A DNA stretch of 64,000 nucleotides from Chiloscyllium plagiosum (taxonomy: Eukaryota), in assembly GCF_004010195.1 (NCBI RefSeq), contig NC_057754.1, positions 12,755,332 to 12,819,331 on the forward strand. Direction: 5' to 3'. The translations under genes and the position numbers were made by a program. The notes under the pieces were generated by a model, which saw only the letters and a list, made by a program, of their open reading frames with translations, did not search any database and was not told the origin of the DNA. This document shows positions 60,451 to 64,000 of this stretch, in pieces (the first letter of the stretch is position 1; every line of letters starts with the position of its first letter).

Positions 60451-60809
60451 TTTATTTAATTCCTCCTTGGCTGCTAGATGTGAGCAATGATCCAGAATGA
60501 TTTATTGTTACATTTCTCATTATCTCAGTTTGAAGTAATTTTAAAAGAAAAATCATGGCATTTTGATGGACATAGTCTGCAGGTCTGGTCGCCTCTGTGC
60601 AGAGACAAAAAAGGCAGTGAATGTTTCAGTTGAAGATAACTCTTTAATACGCTAGTCTCGGATTGGGCGTGGCTTTATAATCTGCATTCACTCTGTAAAG
60701 ATTTTTGAGAATCGATGAATTTTGTTCAGTCTTGTTTGCACTCTCATCCATCCCAAGGTAAGGAGGATGTTGCATATTTCAAGATAGTTGTGGAAATTGG
60801 AGTTCAGTA

Positions 60810-61995
60810 ATCTCAGTTCCAGGACATCTCTGCAGGAGCTGCTCAGGGCAAGTAATTTTAATCATTGTGCACAGCGAGTTTATGATACAGCCCAACAGCA
60901 TGTGGGACTTCAACAAATGTCTTCTATCCCAGAGTTAGAAACACTATGAGTGTACTTCAACAGAACAAGTTTCCAATGGTAGCGTCCTAAGCCAAACATT
61001 TTTTTTAGCATATTCATCTGTAACCTTCCTTTCATGATAAGGTTCGAAGTGGATATTTTCAACGACGATGATGAGATATTCAGCATAATTCGCAACTTCT
61101 CATGTACTGAAGCAGATCATGTCAAAAGTAAAAGGACCTGGACAATATCCAGGCTTGTGCTGAAAAGTGGCAAGTAATATTTACGCCATACCAATGCCAG
61201 AAAATGACTTTCTGCAGCGAGAGACAATCTAACTAATGCCCTTTGATATTTGTGCCTGTCACTGAATTCTCTACCAGCAACATCTGACGGTTCCTATTGA
61301 CCAGAAACTGAACTGGACTGGCAGTATAACTGGTAGTTAATATAATAGGTCAGTAGTTAGGAATCCTGAGTCCTTAACTCACCTCCTGACTCCGCCAAGG
61401 CTGTCCACCTCACCGATCACAATTCAGGTGTGTAATGAAATATTAGGCGCAAGTTGCGACCGCAGATGCTGGACATTAAAGTCGAGAGTGTTGTGCCAGA
61501 AGAACACAGCAGATCAGGCAGCATCCGAGGAGCAGGAAAATTGACGTTTCGGGCAAAAGCACTTCATCAGGAATACTTCCCACTTGCCTGCATTGGTTCA
61601 ACCCCAGCAACACTGAAGAGGTTTGACACCATCCAGGTCAAAGTTCCCTGCTTGATTTGCTCTACATCCACAAGCATACATTCTGTTCACCAGCAATGTT
61701 TAGTAGCAACAGTGTGTACTATTCAAAAGACACGCTGCAGAAATTCACCAAAGATCCAGTTCTATGGGAGTACCACCCCTCTCTACGTTAACCTCCAAGC
61801 CACTCACCATTCTGAATTGTAAATGTACTAATGTTCCTTCAACGCTAATGACTAATATGCTAGACTTGCTTCGTGAACAGCAGTGTGGGTAAACAACAGC
61901 AGATGAACTACAGGAGTTCAGGGGGTTAGCTCACTGGCATTTTCCCCTCGTGTAATTAGGGATGGGCAATTAAAGTGCTAGCCTAGCCAGTGATA
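60810..61995 (+). mobile_element. Second LINE family remnant with nested minus-strand family-1 Penelope element (~61447-61572)
   Basis: ccaggacatctctgcaggag, ggacctggacaatatccaggctt, 3' end tagggatgggcaattaaagtgctagcc; nested gacgtttcgggcaaaagcacttcatcagg. Confidence 0.8.
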
Positions 61996-62699
61996 GCCTG
62001 TTCAGACAATTGAACAAGACGACCTAAAATGTCTGACATCTTTTGCACTTGCTCTGGGACAATATGACATCCTTTGGGTTTACAGTTATTTCTGGATTTC
62101 GCTTTGTTTGATGTATCACGAAGACAGAAGGAAAATGTTTGTTCACCTGATTCTGACGAGTTGACCAAATACCTGTGGGTCATGTAGGCCGGACCAGGTG
62201 AGGATGGCAAATTTACCTCCTGAAACGCTATAAAAGAACTGGGTCAGTTGTTACGCTTCTCCATGATGGTCCCTTAGTCCCCATTACTGGGACTAGCTAT
62301 TTTCTTCATGACATTGATAAATTATTCGGGTTCCACCAGGTGACCTGTTGAGATTTAAACCCCTGCTACCAGGGAATTGAAATGCATCCTTTGGAATTCC
62401 CGACCAGTCTGTCCTACAGATGCTGGCACAGAACTTTGCTTTACATTCAGATCTCCATCGCCAGGTTTATGCTTCTCTTTGTCTTTATTTTTGCAGATAT
62501 CTTGATTCTCCGAGGATCCCCTTTACCCTAAAATTGGTATTTCTTTTGTTTCCCATTATAAAAAGAATAACGATATTGATGTACATTAATGTATGCCATT
62601 TCCTTATTCTCCCAGGTTTAGACGGATCCTGTTGATTGAGGGAGCTCTATGGGTCTATAAACACTGCCCTCTCCCTCGGGTATTTATCCTGGGTGTTCC

Positions 62700-62950
62700 A
62701 CCAAATCCAGCTGCACCATGTGACCGCCACTCGAGCGGGCCAGACGCGCTTACTTTTGAACTCCTGACCATTGCTCACCAACCACCACTTAGCGCATGCT
62801 CACTCGTCAGAACGACAACCCCCAGCGGGCACGTGGACGGAGTATTTTGTTGACATAAAGTTCACTGGCTATTACTATGCATGCGCTTTATCCCAGGGCA
62901 GCAGACGTAATGGAGTCCACACAAAGTATGCTGCAGGAAGTGAGTGGTTG
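62700..62950. promoter_or_regulatory. Possible promoter-like, CpG-retaining island remnant
   Basis: Locally elevated CpG; gcgcatgctc and tgcatgcgc (NRF1-like), CACGTG E-box, caggaagtg ETS motif. No associated gene identified. Confidence 0.3.
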
Positions 62951-63159
62951 AGCAAAGTTCCGTGGAGAGACACACAATTAATATTTGCATTCTGAACCGT
63001 CTCTTGTTCAGAACTGCAAGAAGCTGGAAAATGCTGGGGTGTGTGCTGTAAACTGAGGGAATCAGATGGCAAGGACTCACAGAGCTAAATAATGTCCTCT
63101 TTTGTTGAATATTTTACACGATTCCTTCACACATTTCCTCCTTCATTTTCATACAAATT

Positions 63160-63640
63160 AAAAAATGACACAACACGAGGTTATAGTCCAATAGATATAT
63201 TTAGAAATGCAAGCGTTCGGAGCGCTTCTCCTACTGGGACAGGAGCCTAGCGCACAAAATTTCGAGCAAAATATCCCAGTGTCAAGTATGCAACTGATTG
63301 GATATATTGAAGAAACCTAGATTGCTGTTAAGTCTTTAACCATGTAGAATGCGAATGCAGGTGTCAATTCATTAATCTGTAAATTCCAGAACGTCTTTCA
63401 AGTCACATTCCGAGATAACTCTAGGTTTTATAAAATAAAAGTGACATTTCAGCTCAGACAATGCATTAAAGCTGTGAGGTGAAAATATATTTGTGTTACA
63501 AACTTGAGCCAGACTGGCTTTGATTCCAAAGTACGAATATACAAAATGTCACATGGACTGACTGCCTACAGATTGTGTCATTTTTCTGCTAAATAGAATA
63601 TATCTGCTAACATAAATCTGCGAATGGAAATTCATTGAAC
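63160..63640 (-). mobile_element. Penelope-like 3' fragment, family 2
   Basis: Reverse-complement homology to 14985-15450 (ggttatagtccaa..., gtgacatttcagctcagaca). Confidence 0.65.
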
Positions 63641-64000
63641 CAGAATAAAAAAAATCACAATCAAGGAACTCATATTCTCTGAGGTTCAGCTGGCTGACCT
63701 GTTCACGACCACTGCAGTGTGTCTACTAGAAATCAAGTACACGCTATTGATAAGCAGTCACATACTCAGGGTAAAGGAAGGCATGAGACCATGCTTGGAA
63801 GTGAATGAGAGCTTCATTTTGGAGTTAGCCCAGAGAGTGGAAGAAAATGGAATGTGAAGGAGATCTATGAAGAATGAAGAAGACAAGATAAATTGTCTGA
63901 ATGTAGTATTCTATTTGTGAAATGGTTTCTGAGTTTGGGTGCAAAACATACATTAAGTTTCTTTCGTAAATCATTGATACCTGCAGTTTCTGCATAATTT

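Noticed and set aside
60660..60700. CCAAT(rev)/GC-box/TATA-like cluster gattgggcgtggctttataa
   Set aside because: Motifs overlap with implausible spacing and no downstream gene is visible.

Overview
Repeat-dominated, non-coding vertebrate DNA. HE1-type tRNA-derived SINEs and HER1/CR1-clade LINEs point to a cartilaginous fish (shark); this is an inference. I found no intact protein-coding gene. Almost all ORFs in the track are LINE fragments, their antisense frames, or artefacts of a perfect ~3.6 kb (TTCGTTCGTTCC)n array. Most of the window is nested, decayed CR1-clade LINEs. It also holds a Gmr1-type Ty3/Gypsy remnant (integrase before RT) whose 3' LTR is split by a LINE, a related solo LTR, a decayed retroviral-type integrase, and Penelope-like remnants. 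The short non-repeat islands carry three tRNA pseudogenes (iMet, Thr, Ile) and a C2H2 zinc-finger pseudogene, suggesting a fossil tRNA/ZNF cluster. The most notable signal is a set of about ten short Penelope-associated elements in two families with minimal hammerhead-ribozyme motifs. Three of them are inverted pairs, including a near-perfect 81-bp fold-back with a target-site duplication. I see no convincing wholly new biological system: most items belong to known classes. All family calls were made by eye, without database searches, and many boundaries are approximate.
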